From assembly GCA_964291405.2 (NCBI GenBank), contig OZ219926.1, positions 2,080,001-2,144,000 on the forward strand: DNA of 64,000 nt, written 5' to 3'. The stretch is from Thermodesulfobacteriota bacterium. GTDB taxonomy: Bacteria; Desulfobacterota; Binatia; Bin18. Positions 56,656 through 64,000 of the stretch are shown in pieces. Every line of letters starts with the position of its first letter. Position 1 is the stretch's first letter. The position numbers were made by a program, and so were the translations under genes. The notes beneath the pieces were generated by a model. That model saw only the letters and a program-made list of their open reading frames with translations. It was not told where the DNA came from and did not search any database.

Positions 56656-56682
56656 CGACAGGCGCGCCTGGGAAACAGCTCT

Positions 56683-58398
56683 ATGCTGCGTCATCTGCAC
56701 GTAAAAAATCTCGCCCTGATCGACGACCTCGAACTGTCGTTCGAGTCCGGCCTGAATGTGATCACCGGAGAGACGGGCGCCGGCAAAAGTCTGCTCATGC
56801 AGGCCATCGGTCTGGCCTTGGGCGGTCGAGCGACCGCCGACCTGATTCGCCGCGATACCACAGAAGCTGTTGTCGAGGCGGTCTTCGGCCTCGACAAGGC
56901 CCTCCTCGCCCCCCTCTTTGCGGAGCATGGTCTACTTGAAGCTGAAGAGCTCCTCGTCCGCCGTGTAATTACGGAGAACGGGCGGAGCCGGGTGTATCTG
57001 AACGGCACGCTGACCACAGTGACGCTGCTGCGTCAGCTTAGTGCCGGGCTGCTGTACGTCTATGGACAGCATGAGCAGCAGGTCTTACGCGAGGCTGATT
57101 CGGCTCTCTCCCTGCTCGACGATTTCGCTGATACGACGCAACGCACCCAGGAAATGGCAACGCGCTACCGGACCCTGCGGCAGGCCTGGGAGCGCTTACG
57201 TACGCTGACCGAGGACAAAGAGGCGGCTGAGGCCCGCCAGGACTTCGTCCGTTTTCAGGTCGATGAGATTCGCCGCGCCGCCCTCCGGCCCGAAGAAGAA
57301 GAGGAGTTACGGCAAGAGCGGACCATTCTCATGAACGCGGAGAGGCTGTATCAGACAGCGTCCAGTGGTGAAGAAGAACTCACTATGAGTGATGGTGCGG
57401 TCACAGATCGGCTCGGGCGACTAGTGGCGCAGTTACGTGACTTGGTTCAGGTGGATGCCAGCTTAAACGAGGCGATCTCGCTCCTAAGTGACGGGCTGGC
57501 CCAGGTCGAAGAGGCTGCGCTCTTCCTACGCAAATATGGTGAGCGCCTCAGCCCGAATCCCGAGCGTTTGGAAGAGATTGACGTGCGCCTCGCGCTGCTC
57601 TCGCGTCTCAAGAAAAAATACGGCGGGAGTATTGAGGCGATTCTGGCTCGACAGGTGGCGCTGGAACAAGAGTTGGAACACCTCGAAAGCGGGGAAGAGG
57701 CGATTGTCGCATTGCAACAGGAAGTTGCCCAAGCCGCTCACACGGCCTGGTCTTGGGCTGACGACCTGTCAAAGGAGCGTCGTGGAGTAGCCCGGAATCT
57801 TGAGCAAAGCATCCAGACCGAGTTAGGCCAGCTCGGCATGCAGGGCGCGCACTTTGGCGTCCAATTTCCACAGCAGCCGGAAGGGGACGGCGCGAGTACG
57901 TCGGATTCGCCATTTATGCAAAATGGACGGCGTCTTGGAGAGCGTGGCTATGATCGGGTCGAATTTTATCTGTCTGCCAATCCTGGGGAGCCGCTCTTAC
58001 CACTCGTCCAGGTTGCCTCCGGCGGAGAGCTCTCCCGCCTCATGCTCGCCCTCAAGGCCCTCAGCGCGGCTGCGGAAGCCACGCCGACACTGATTTTTGA
58101 CGAAGTAGACGCGGGAATCGGCGGTGGGGTGGCCGAGGTCGTTGGGCGGCGGCTCAAGTCTCTGGCCGACCAGCATCAGGTCCTGTGTATTACGCATTTG
58201 CCGCAGATCGCGGCCTTTGCCGACCATGCCTACACCGTAACCAAAACGATAACACAAGGCCGCACAATTTCTTCAGCCAAACGTCTCACTCAGCGTGAAC
58301 GCCTCCAGGAACTCGCCCGCATGCTAGGTGGTGTGGAGATCACGCCCGAAGCCCGCAGCCACGCACGCGAAATGCTTGAGGGCGCGCAGCGGGGCTGA
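56683..58398 (+). CDS. recN: DNA repair protein RecN
   Basis: TGETGAGKS, ASGGELSR, IFDEVDAGIGG and ITHLPQIAA motifs. Confidence 0.97.
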   Translation: MLRHLHVKNLALIDDLELSFESGLNVITGETGAGKSLLMQAIGLALGGRATADLIRRDTTEAVVEAVFGLDKALLAPLFAEHGLLEAEELLVRRVITENGRSRVYLNGTLTTVTLLRQLSAGLLYVYGQHEQQVLREADSALSLLDDFADTTQRTQEMATRYRTLRQAWERLRTLTEDKEAAEARQDFVRFQVDEIRRAALRPEEEEELRQERTILMNAERLYQTASSGEEELTMSDGAVTDRLGRLVAQLRDLVQVDASLNEAISLLSDGLAQVEEAALFLRKYGERLSPNPERLEEIDVRLALLSRLKKKYGGSIEAILARQVALEQELEHLESGEEAIVALQQEVAQAAHTAWSWADDLSKERRGVARNLEQSIQTELGQLGMQGAHFGVQFPQQPEGDGASTSDSPFMQNGRRLGERGYDRVEFYLSANPGEPLLPLVQVASGGELSRLMLALKALSAAAEATPTLIFDEVDAGIGGGVAEVVGRRLKSLADQHQVLCITHLPQIAAFADHAYTVTKTITQGRTISSAKRLTQRERLQELARMLGGVEITPEARSHAREMLEGAQRG

Positions 58399-59384
58399 GA
58401 GGACTCAGGGCTTTCCCCGTCACGAAATGACTCGATTGTCTCCGTAATGGCTTGAATTGCCGCGGGCTGGAGTATGATATCAACATGCTCAACTCCCGGC
58501 AGGAGGGTGACTGGAACCGGTCTTCCGGCCTCCTCGAACACGGCTGAGAACTGATCGGCATGGAGGACTTCGTCGTCTTGACCGACCAGGATGTGAAGCG
58601 GTTGCTTCGCAGCGCCAATATCTGCCCGGTAATCGTCATGGGCTCGAAAGTTTTTTTCCAGGGCATAGGAGTAAGTGGGCGTTAAGAACTGCTGCGCTTC
58701 GGCCGTCAACGCAAAAGCAAGCACCGGCAAAGTGTTGAACCGGGTGATCCCGAAACGGTTGAGAAACGTGAGCGCAATGATACGTGCAACCCCGGCTGCG
58801 ACCCATCCGCCAGACCCAGGTCGATACGTTGGCGCATCTCGGTGAATGAATGGAGCTAACAGCACATATTGATCGAATGGTTGCTGTCGCAAACTGGCGG
58901 CAAAGCGCAAGGCAAATCCTCCGCCAGACGAAAATCCAACCAGCGTCCTAGGGCCAGCGGGTTGGACAGCCTCCAGGAAATCCTCCACATCGTCTTCGAG
59001 CTGGCCGATGTAGGTAATCTGGCCCTTCGGACCGGACTCTCCGTGCCCACGCATATCCAGGGCATAGACCGCATAGCCCGCCTGCGCTAACCCCTTGGCT
59101 AGGGGATGAAGGCTGCTACTGCTTGCGGACGACCCATGGATAAGCACCGCAGACCCTTTGGCTGGGCTTGCGGTGGGCGCGTAGGCACGAAACGCCAAAC
59201 GCGCCCCGTCCCGAGCAGTATAGCGCTTGAGCAGAGCAAGGTCAGATAAGTCCACGCTACGAAACGGCGCATTGATACTTTCCATCGGAGGGGGAGGCTG
59301 GGGACCACCAAGTACAACAGCCAAGGCGAGCAGCACAGACACGACAGCCACCCCTGCAATGAGCCCGATCGCTATACGTTTCAT
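58290..59384 (-). CDS. alpha/beta hydrolase with an N-terminal membrane anchor
   Basis: HGSS, DMRGHGES, GFSSGG nucleophile elbow, then Asp (DDEV) and His (VEHV). The 3' end overlaps recN. Confidence 0.88.
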   Translation of the reverse strand: MKRIAIGLIAGVAVVSVLLALAVVLGGPQPPPPMESINAPFRSVDLSDLALLKRYTARDGARLAFRAYAPTASPAKGSAVLIHGSSASSSSLHPLAKGLAQAGYAVYALDMRGHGESGPKGQITYIGQLEDDVEDFLEAVQPAGPRTLVGFSSGGGFALRFAASLRQQPFDQYVLLAPFIHRDAPTYRPGSGGWVAAGVARIIALTFLNRFGITRFNTLPVLAFALTAEAQQFLTPTYSYALEKNFRAHDDYRADIGAAKQPLHILVGQDDEVLHADQFSAVFEEAGRPVPVTLLPGVEHVDIILQPAAIQAITETIESFRDGESPESSQPRCAPSSISRAWLRASGVISTPPSMRASSWRRSR

Positions 59385-59460
59385 AGAGCCTCCTGGAATG
59401 TGGGTCACGACCTATTGTAACAGCGGTCAAAGATAGAGCTCTCCGAGCAGAAATAAAATT

Positions 59461-59489
59461 TGACCCTCGTTTGAGATTCTACGATAATT
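59461..59489 (+). promoter_or_regulatory. putative sigma70 promoter
   Basis: TTGACC, 17 nt spacer, GATAAT upstream of the cytochrome c gene. Confidence 0.5.
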
Positions 59490-59542
59490 CCCGAGAAATC
59501 TTTTATATAAGGGCCCGATTACCCTGAAAGTAGGAGGGAACG

Positions 59543-60544
59543 ATGAAAAAATACCAAATCCTGGCGGTCGTCCTCGGTCTGCTTATTTTGACAGCATCAG
59601 CCGGGCGGGCAGACACCATTACGGCGTTCTTGGATAGCCCAGCCAACAATATCAGCGTTGCTGGGATTGAAACGATCCATGGCTGGGCCTTTGCGACCAA
59701 TAACGCGCCTGTGTCCGTCTACCTCCGGGTTGATGGAACTACCCAGCACGATTACCCCCTGCCGTGCTGTGGTCCACGAGAAGACGTGCAACAGTTAGTG
59801 GCAGGTGCTCCCCTCAACACGAGTTATTCCGGCGTGGTCAACTATGCCCGCTTAGGTGCTGGTGAGCATATCGTTGGCGTCGAGATTCAGGCTGAAGGCT
59901 GCGAACCGGTTATTATTGAGCATACCGTTACGGTCGCCGTGCCTGGTAACATCGAATTTAACAAAGCGTTCAGCTTTGAGGAGGCATGGACGGGGGTGGA
60001 TATGCCCAACGACCAGATACTCATTGTGAACGCAACAACGGGAGCTGAGATGGGCGGGTCGGCCAATCTGCGCGTGGATTATTCCCTGCCCACCCAGAAC
60101 ACCGGCATCGTTGAGGCATATAACGAGGACGGAACAACTGGCGAGACCCTGGACGCAGTGCAAGCAATTTTCAACGCGCGCTGTCTTCCCTGCCATTCGC
60201 ACGACAACGAGGAGGGCCACCCCGTCGCGAACCTGGATTTGGCCGAAGGGAATATGCCACGGAATACGATCGCCGCCAGAAGCGGTCAGCTCTCTGACGG
60301 CACCCTGCTGATCAATCCGGGTCGTCCGGATGAGAGCTATCTTGTAGAGAAAATATCCATGGATGCCCCCACCCGAGGCAGTCGTATGCCTCGGGGTATG
60401 CCGCCGTTGTCCGATGAGGAGATTGAGACCATTCGGAGTTGGGTACTTGGCGGAGCGCTCGTTCCGTTCGGTTTTGCTGGCCATGATGGAGATGGCAGGC
60501 ATGACGACGATCATGACCATGACGACGATCATGGCAATGGATAG
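59543..60544 (+). CDS. secreted protein: Ig-like N-terminal domain, monoheme cytochrome c, His/Asp tail
   Basis: Signal peptide; CLPCH heme motif; PGRPDESYL, RMP and IRSWV (Planctomycete-type cytochrome c); HDDDHDHDDDH tail. Confidence 0.8.
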   Translation: MKKYQILAVVLGLLILTASAGRADTITAFLDSPANNISVAGIETIHGWAFATNNAPVSVYLRVDGTTQHDYPLPCCGPREDVQQLVAGAPLNTSYSGVVNYARLGAGEHIVGVEIQAEGCEPVIIEHTVTVAVPGNIEFNKAFSFEEAWTGVDMPNDQILIVNATTGAEMGGSANLRVDYSLPTQNTGIVEAYNEDGTTGETLDAVQAIFNARCLPCHSHDNEEGHPVANLDLAEGNMPRNTIAARSGQLSDGTLLINPGRPDESYLVEKISMDAPTRGSRMPRGMPPLSDEEIETIRSWVLGGALVPFGFAGHDGDGRHDDDHDHDDDHGNG

Positions 60545-60716
60545 GAGATGGACACAGGCCGGCCGCTAGGGTAGGCGATCAGCCTTCTCTCATTTATTCG
60601 TCCCGGTTTTCTTGCTCTACGGCTGAAGACATAACCCGTCATGACTGATATGGCGGGTCTGCTCATCAGGCCGGAACATTCTCATTGCCGCGCGGTGGTG
60701 ATAAGAGAACGTAGCC

Positions 60717-62927
60717 GTGCTGGACTTGCTCAAGAAACATTTCGGTTATGACCAGTTCCGTCCGCTGCAAGCGGAGGTCATCGCCAGCGTGCTGGAACGG
60801 CGTGACACCCTGGTCCTGATGCCGACCGGCGGCGGGAAGTCCCTCTGCTATCAGTTGCCCGCGCTTCGCTTCGATGGGCTGACGCTGGTCGTCTCACCGC
60901 TGGTCGCCCTGATGAAAGATCAGGTCGATACGCTCAAGGCCAACGGCATCGCCGCGGAGTTCATCAACAGCAGCCTGACCTACCCGGAACTGAACCGTGT
61001 GCAGAGACGCGTACAGCGGAATGCGGTCAAAATCCTGTATGTTGCCCCGGAGCGGCTGGCCCTGCCGGGCTTCCTGGATTTCCTGGCCGAGCTCACGGTC
61101 AGTCTGGTGGCCGTGGACGAGGCGCACTGCATCTCCATGTGGGGCCACGAGTTCCGGCCTGATTACCGCAATCTCGTCACCCTGCGGCACGCCTTGCCCG
61201 GTGTCCCGTGTATCGCCCTGACCGCCACGGCGACCGAACAGGTCCGCCGCGATATTGCCGAACAGCTCGAACTGACTCAGCCACAGGAGTTCCTGGCCAG
61301 TTTCAACCGCGCCAACCTGACCTATAGCGTGCGTCCCAAGCGCAACTCCGTTGATGCGCTGGCGGACCTGCTGGACGAGTATCGGGGCGAGTCTTGCATC
61401 GTATACTGCTTTTCGCGCAAGAGCACGCAGGACCTGGCCACTGCGCTGTGCGAGCGGGGTCTGTCCGCCCTGCCCTACCACGCCGGCCTGGACGCGACAG
61501 TGCGTAGCCAGACTCAGGAGAAATTCATTCGCGATGAGGTTCCGATCATCGTGGCGACCATCGCCTTCGGGATGGGGATCGATAAGCCTGACGTCCGACT
61601 GGTCGTGCACTACGATCTGCCCAAGTCCCTCGAAGGCTATTACCAGGAGACGGGTCGCGCCGGGCGCGACGGCCTGCCCAGCGAGTGCGCCCTGTTTTAC
61701 TCCTATGGCGACAAGGTGAAGCAGGACTTCTTCATCGACCAGATAGAAGACGCGGCCGAGCAACGAAACGCACGGGACAAGTTGGCGCAGGTGATCGAGT
61801 TCTGCGACCTGCAAACCTGCCGCCGCAAATATCTGCTGGCCTATTTTGGCGAAGACTGGCGGCAGGACAACTGCGGGGGGTGCGACGTGTGTCTCACGCC
61901 CAGGGAGGAGTTCGATGCCACTGTTATCACCCAGAAAATCCTGTCAGCCGTCGTCCGTACGGGGGAGCGGTTCGGCATCGCGCACCTGAGCCAAGTACTG
62001 CGCGGCGCGAATACGAAACGCATTCGGGAATTACGGCACGACAGGCTGAGCGTGTACGGCATTGTGAGCGACTTCTCTGACAGTGAGATCAAAGAGGTGG
62101 CCGGTTTGCTGCAAGCCGGGGGTCTGCTGCGCAAGAACAGCCGCGAATACGCCGGCCTGAGTCTGACACCGGCGGGCCGGGCATTCCTCAAGAATCGAGA
62201 AAATTTGACCCTTACGCGCGCCAAACGGGCTGAACCGGCTCCCCGTACCACCCCCGACTCCGACCCGGCGCAGAGGTGGCGCAGACGGGATGCGCCGCCC
62301 CTGGCGGATGAGCAGGGCGACATTGCGGTTGACGCGGCGCTGTTCGAGAAGCTGCGCACGCTGCGTCGCGGGCTGGCCGAAGAGCGCAACGTGCCGCCGT
62401 ACGTCATCTTCGGCGACATGACGCTCAGACAGATGGCGGCCTATTTGCCCCAGAGCCGCGAGAGCCTGTCCCATATCTCGGGCGTGGGCGCGGCGAAGCT
62501 GGAGCGCTGGGGCGAGGCGTTTCTAGAGGTTATTCGCTCGTACGCCGTCGAGCAGGGTCTTGCGGAGCGTCCTGTACCGGGCACACGGCGCAGCAGAGAG
62601 CCGCAAGGTAGTAAGGTGAGTCGCAAAGGTTCAACGTATACCGCAACGAAACAGTTGCTTGAGCAGGGTCGGTCAATTACTGAGGTTGCAGTGGAGCGCG
62701 ACCTTACTCTCAGTACAATAGTGGGTCACGTTGAAAAGCTGGTCGCTGACGGCGAGGACGTTGCCCTTGGCCCATTGCTACCGGCGTCGGATCGTCTGGA
62801 GGCCATTCAACACGCACTAGACCGTTCCGGCACCACCACCCTGGCTCCGATCAAAGCGATGCTGGGCAAAGACTATACCTATGAGGAGATCCGATTGGTG
62901 CGAGCGTTCATGAGCCAATCACACTGA
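60717..62927 (+). CDS. recQ: ATP-dependent DNA helicase RecQ
   Basis: MPTGGGKSLCYQLP, DEAHC, QETGRAGRDG, Zn/RQC region, HRDC (VPPYVIFGD) and C-terminal HTH. Confidence 0.97.
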   Translation: MLDLLKKHFGYDQFRPLQAEVIASVLERRDTLVLMPTGGGKSLCYQLPALRFDGLTLVVSPLVALMKDQVDTLKANGIAAEFINSSLTYPELNRVQRRVQRNAVKILYVAPERLALPGFLDFLAELTVSLVAVDEAHCISMWGHEFRPDYRNLVTLRHALPGVPCIALTATATEQVRRDIAEQLELTQPQEFLASFNRANLTYSVRPKRNSVDALADLLDEYRGESCIVYCFSRKSTQDLATALCERGLSALPYHAGLDATVRSQTQEKFIRDEVPIIVATIAFGMGIDKPDVRLVVHYDLPKSLEGYYQETGRAGRDGLPSECALFYSYGDKVKQDFFIDQIEDAAEQRNARDKLAQVIEFCDLQTCRRKYLLAYFGEDWRQDNCGGCDVCLTPREEFDATVITQKILSAVVRTGERFGIAHLSQVLRGANTKRIRELRHDRLSVYGIVSDFSDSEIKEVAGLLQAGGLLRKNSREYAGLSLTPAGRAFLKNRENLTLTRAKRAEPAPRTTPDSDPAQRWRRRDAPPLADEQGDIAVDAALFEKLRTLRRGLAEERNVPPYVIFGDMTLRQMAAYLPQSRESLSHISGVGAAKLERWGEAFLEVIRSYAVEQGLAERPVPGTRRSREPQGSKVSRKGSTYTATKQLLEQGRSITEVAVERDLTLSTIVGHVEKLVADGEDVALGPLLPASDRLEAIQHALDRSGTTTLAPIKAMLGKDYTYEEIRLVRAFMSQSH

Positions 62928-63090
62928 CTTCAGCCTCTAGTCCCCACCGCGTACTCCCATTATCCACAGGATGTACGCCCATTTTGAGCACTCAGATATT
63001 TTGTCTCAACCCGCTTGCAACCGGACCGTAGAGTGTCCTACCCTGGCAAGGATTGTTTAGAGACAGAAAATCGATCGCGAGGGAATCAGT

Positions 63091-64000
63091 ATGGATAAGA
63101 CCCTTATGCTTTCGCTCTACCGCGACATGATTCGCATTCGGCGCTTTGAGGAAGAAGCGGCTCGTTCGTATTCGCGGGGCAAGATTGGTGGCTTTCTGCA
63201 CCTGTATAATGGCCAAGAGGCGGTGGCGGTTGGGGCGATGTCGGCGGTTGAACCTACGGATTATATCGTGGCGACTTATCGGGACCACGGCCATTATCTG
63301 GCCCGGGTTGGAGATATGAATGCGGCCATGGCGGAACTGTTCGGCAAGGTGGATGGCTGTGCTAAGGGCCGGGGCGGTTCCATGCATTATTTTGACGTGG
63401 CGAAACGCTTCATGGGCGGCCACGCTATTGTCGGTGGCCATGTACCCATCGCCGCGGGGATTGCCTTTGCCTCGAAATATCGGGGCGAGTCGGATGTGAC
63501 CCTGTGCTTCTTTGGCGAAGGAACGGCCAATATGGGTGCCTTTCACGAGGGCCTGTCGCTGGCCGCGCTGTGGAAACTGCCCGTTATCTTTATTTGCGAG
63601 AACAATCTCTATTCCATGGGCACGCCCCTCTATCGGACCCTGTCGGTCGAGGACGTCGCCGTGCGGGCCAAGGGCTACCCTATGGCCCAGGAAATCGTGA
63701 ACGGCGACGATGTGCTTGAGGTCCGGGAGGTCATTCGTCACGCGGCCAAACGCGCCCGCACCGAGAGTTTGCCGATTCTCATTGAAGCCAAGACCTACCG
63801 TTTTCGGGGCCATTCCATGTCCGACCCGGCAAAATACCGCACCAAAGAAGAGGTCAAAGAGTGGATGGAGCGTGACCCCATCCGGCTTCTGGCCGAACGT
63901 ATCTACGCGTTGGGCATCGCCAACGAAGAGCAGCTCAAGGCTATTGACGAAGCCGCGAAACAAGAAGTAGCAGGGGCGGTGAATTTTGCCGATGAATCGC
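63091..64000 (+). CDS. pdhA: pyruvate dehydrogenase E1 alpha (runs off the window edge)
   Basis: Manual translation gives MDKTLMLSLYRDMIRIRRFEE..GKIGGFLHLYNGQEAV..YRDHGH..GRGGSMH..FGEG..ENN..TYRFRGHSMSDPAKYR. Confidence 0.93.
   Translation, partial: MDKTLMLSLYRDMIRIRRFEEEAARSYSRGKIGGFLHLYNGQEAVAVGAMSAVEPTDYIVATYRDHGHYLARVGDMNAAMAELFGKVDGCAKGRGGSMHYFDVAKRFMGGHAIVGGHVPIAAGIAFASKYRGESDVTLCFFGEGTANMGAFHEGLSLAALWKLPVIFICENNLYSMGTPLYRTLSVEDVAVRAKGYPMAQEIVNGDDVLEVREVIRHAAKRARTESLPILIEAKTYRFRGHSMSDPAKYRTKEEVKEWMERDPIRLLAERIYALGIANEEQLKAIDEAAKQEVAGAVNFADES

Noticed and set aside
21773-61814. Long antisense ORFs (21773-22663, 29334-30227, 31474-32355, 48817-49629, 60894-61814)
   Set aside because: Each lies opposite a well-supported gene in GC-rich sequence and shows no protein motifs.
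62992-63963. 323-aa minus-strand ORF
   Set aside because: Antisense shadow of pdhA, which is on the plus strand.
1-64000. rRNA, tRNA, integrase/transposase, prophage or cas genes
   Set aside because: None recognised by eye; a tRNAscan/Infernal run would be needed to exclude small RNAs formally.

Overview
Bacterial chromosomal window from a moderately GC-rich diderm (lipid A acyltransferase present). Gene order and protein styles suggest a deltaproteobacterial/Binatota-like, possibly host-associated lineage; this is inference only. Positions 1-1.6 kb hold a serine operon (class V aminotransferase, serA) divergent from a dcw cluster (mraZ-rsmH-ftsL-ftsI-murE-mraY-murD-ftsW-murG-murC-murB-ddl-ftsQ-ftsA-ftsZ) that lacks murF, followed by a radical SAM gene and acpS. 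Positions 21-34 kb hold an orphan 2-oxoacid/acetoin dehydrogenase E1a-E1b-E2, DUF4145 and Uma2 nucleases, DUF4139, an ABC-2 exporter, a CoA-transferase, EthD, an amidohydrolase, a TenA/PqqC-like diiron protein and an Smr protein. Positions 34-36 kb are an indel-riddled zone with a ~340-390 nt duplicated non-coding element, a DUF1640-like pseudogene and decayed Cys-rich repeats; it may be a misassembly. Positions 36-64 kb hold metal-binding and ferritin-like genes, an lpxL-like gene, an unannotated 50-aa pilin-like ORF, dCMP deaminase, an M50 protease, engB, a GT2-hypothetical-SPL-like trio, gpmA, DUF58/VWA genes without MoxR, an MMPL-cNMP fusion, recN, a hydrolase, a secreted cytochrome c, recQ and pdhA. 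The most striking unexplained signal is a family of 54-55 nt palindromes (AAAGAG[T/G]AAACGTGTCC-N20/21-GGACACGTTT[A/C]CTCTTT). There are four copies, three of them inside the open reading frames of the essential genes murC and ftsQ. No rRNA, tRNA, CRISPR-Cas or intact transposase was recognised.
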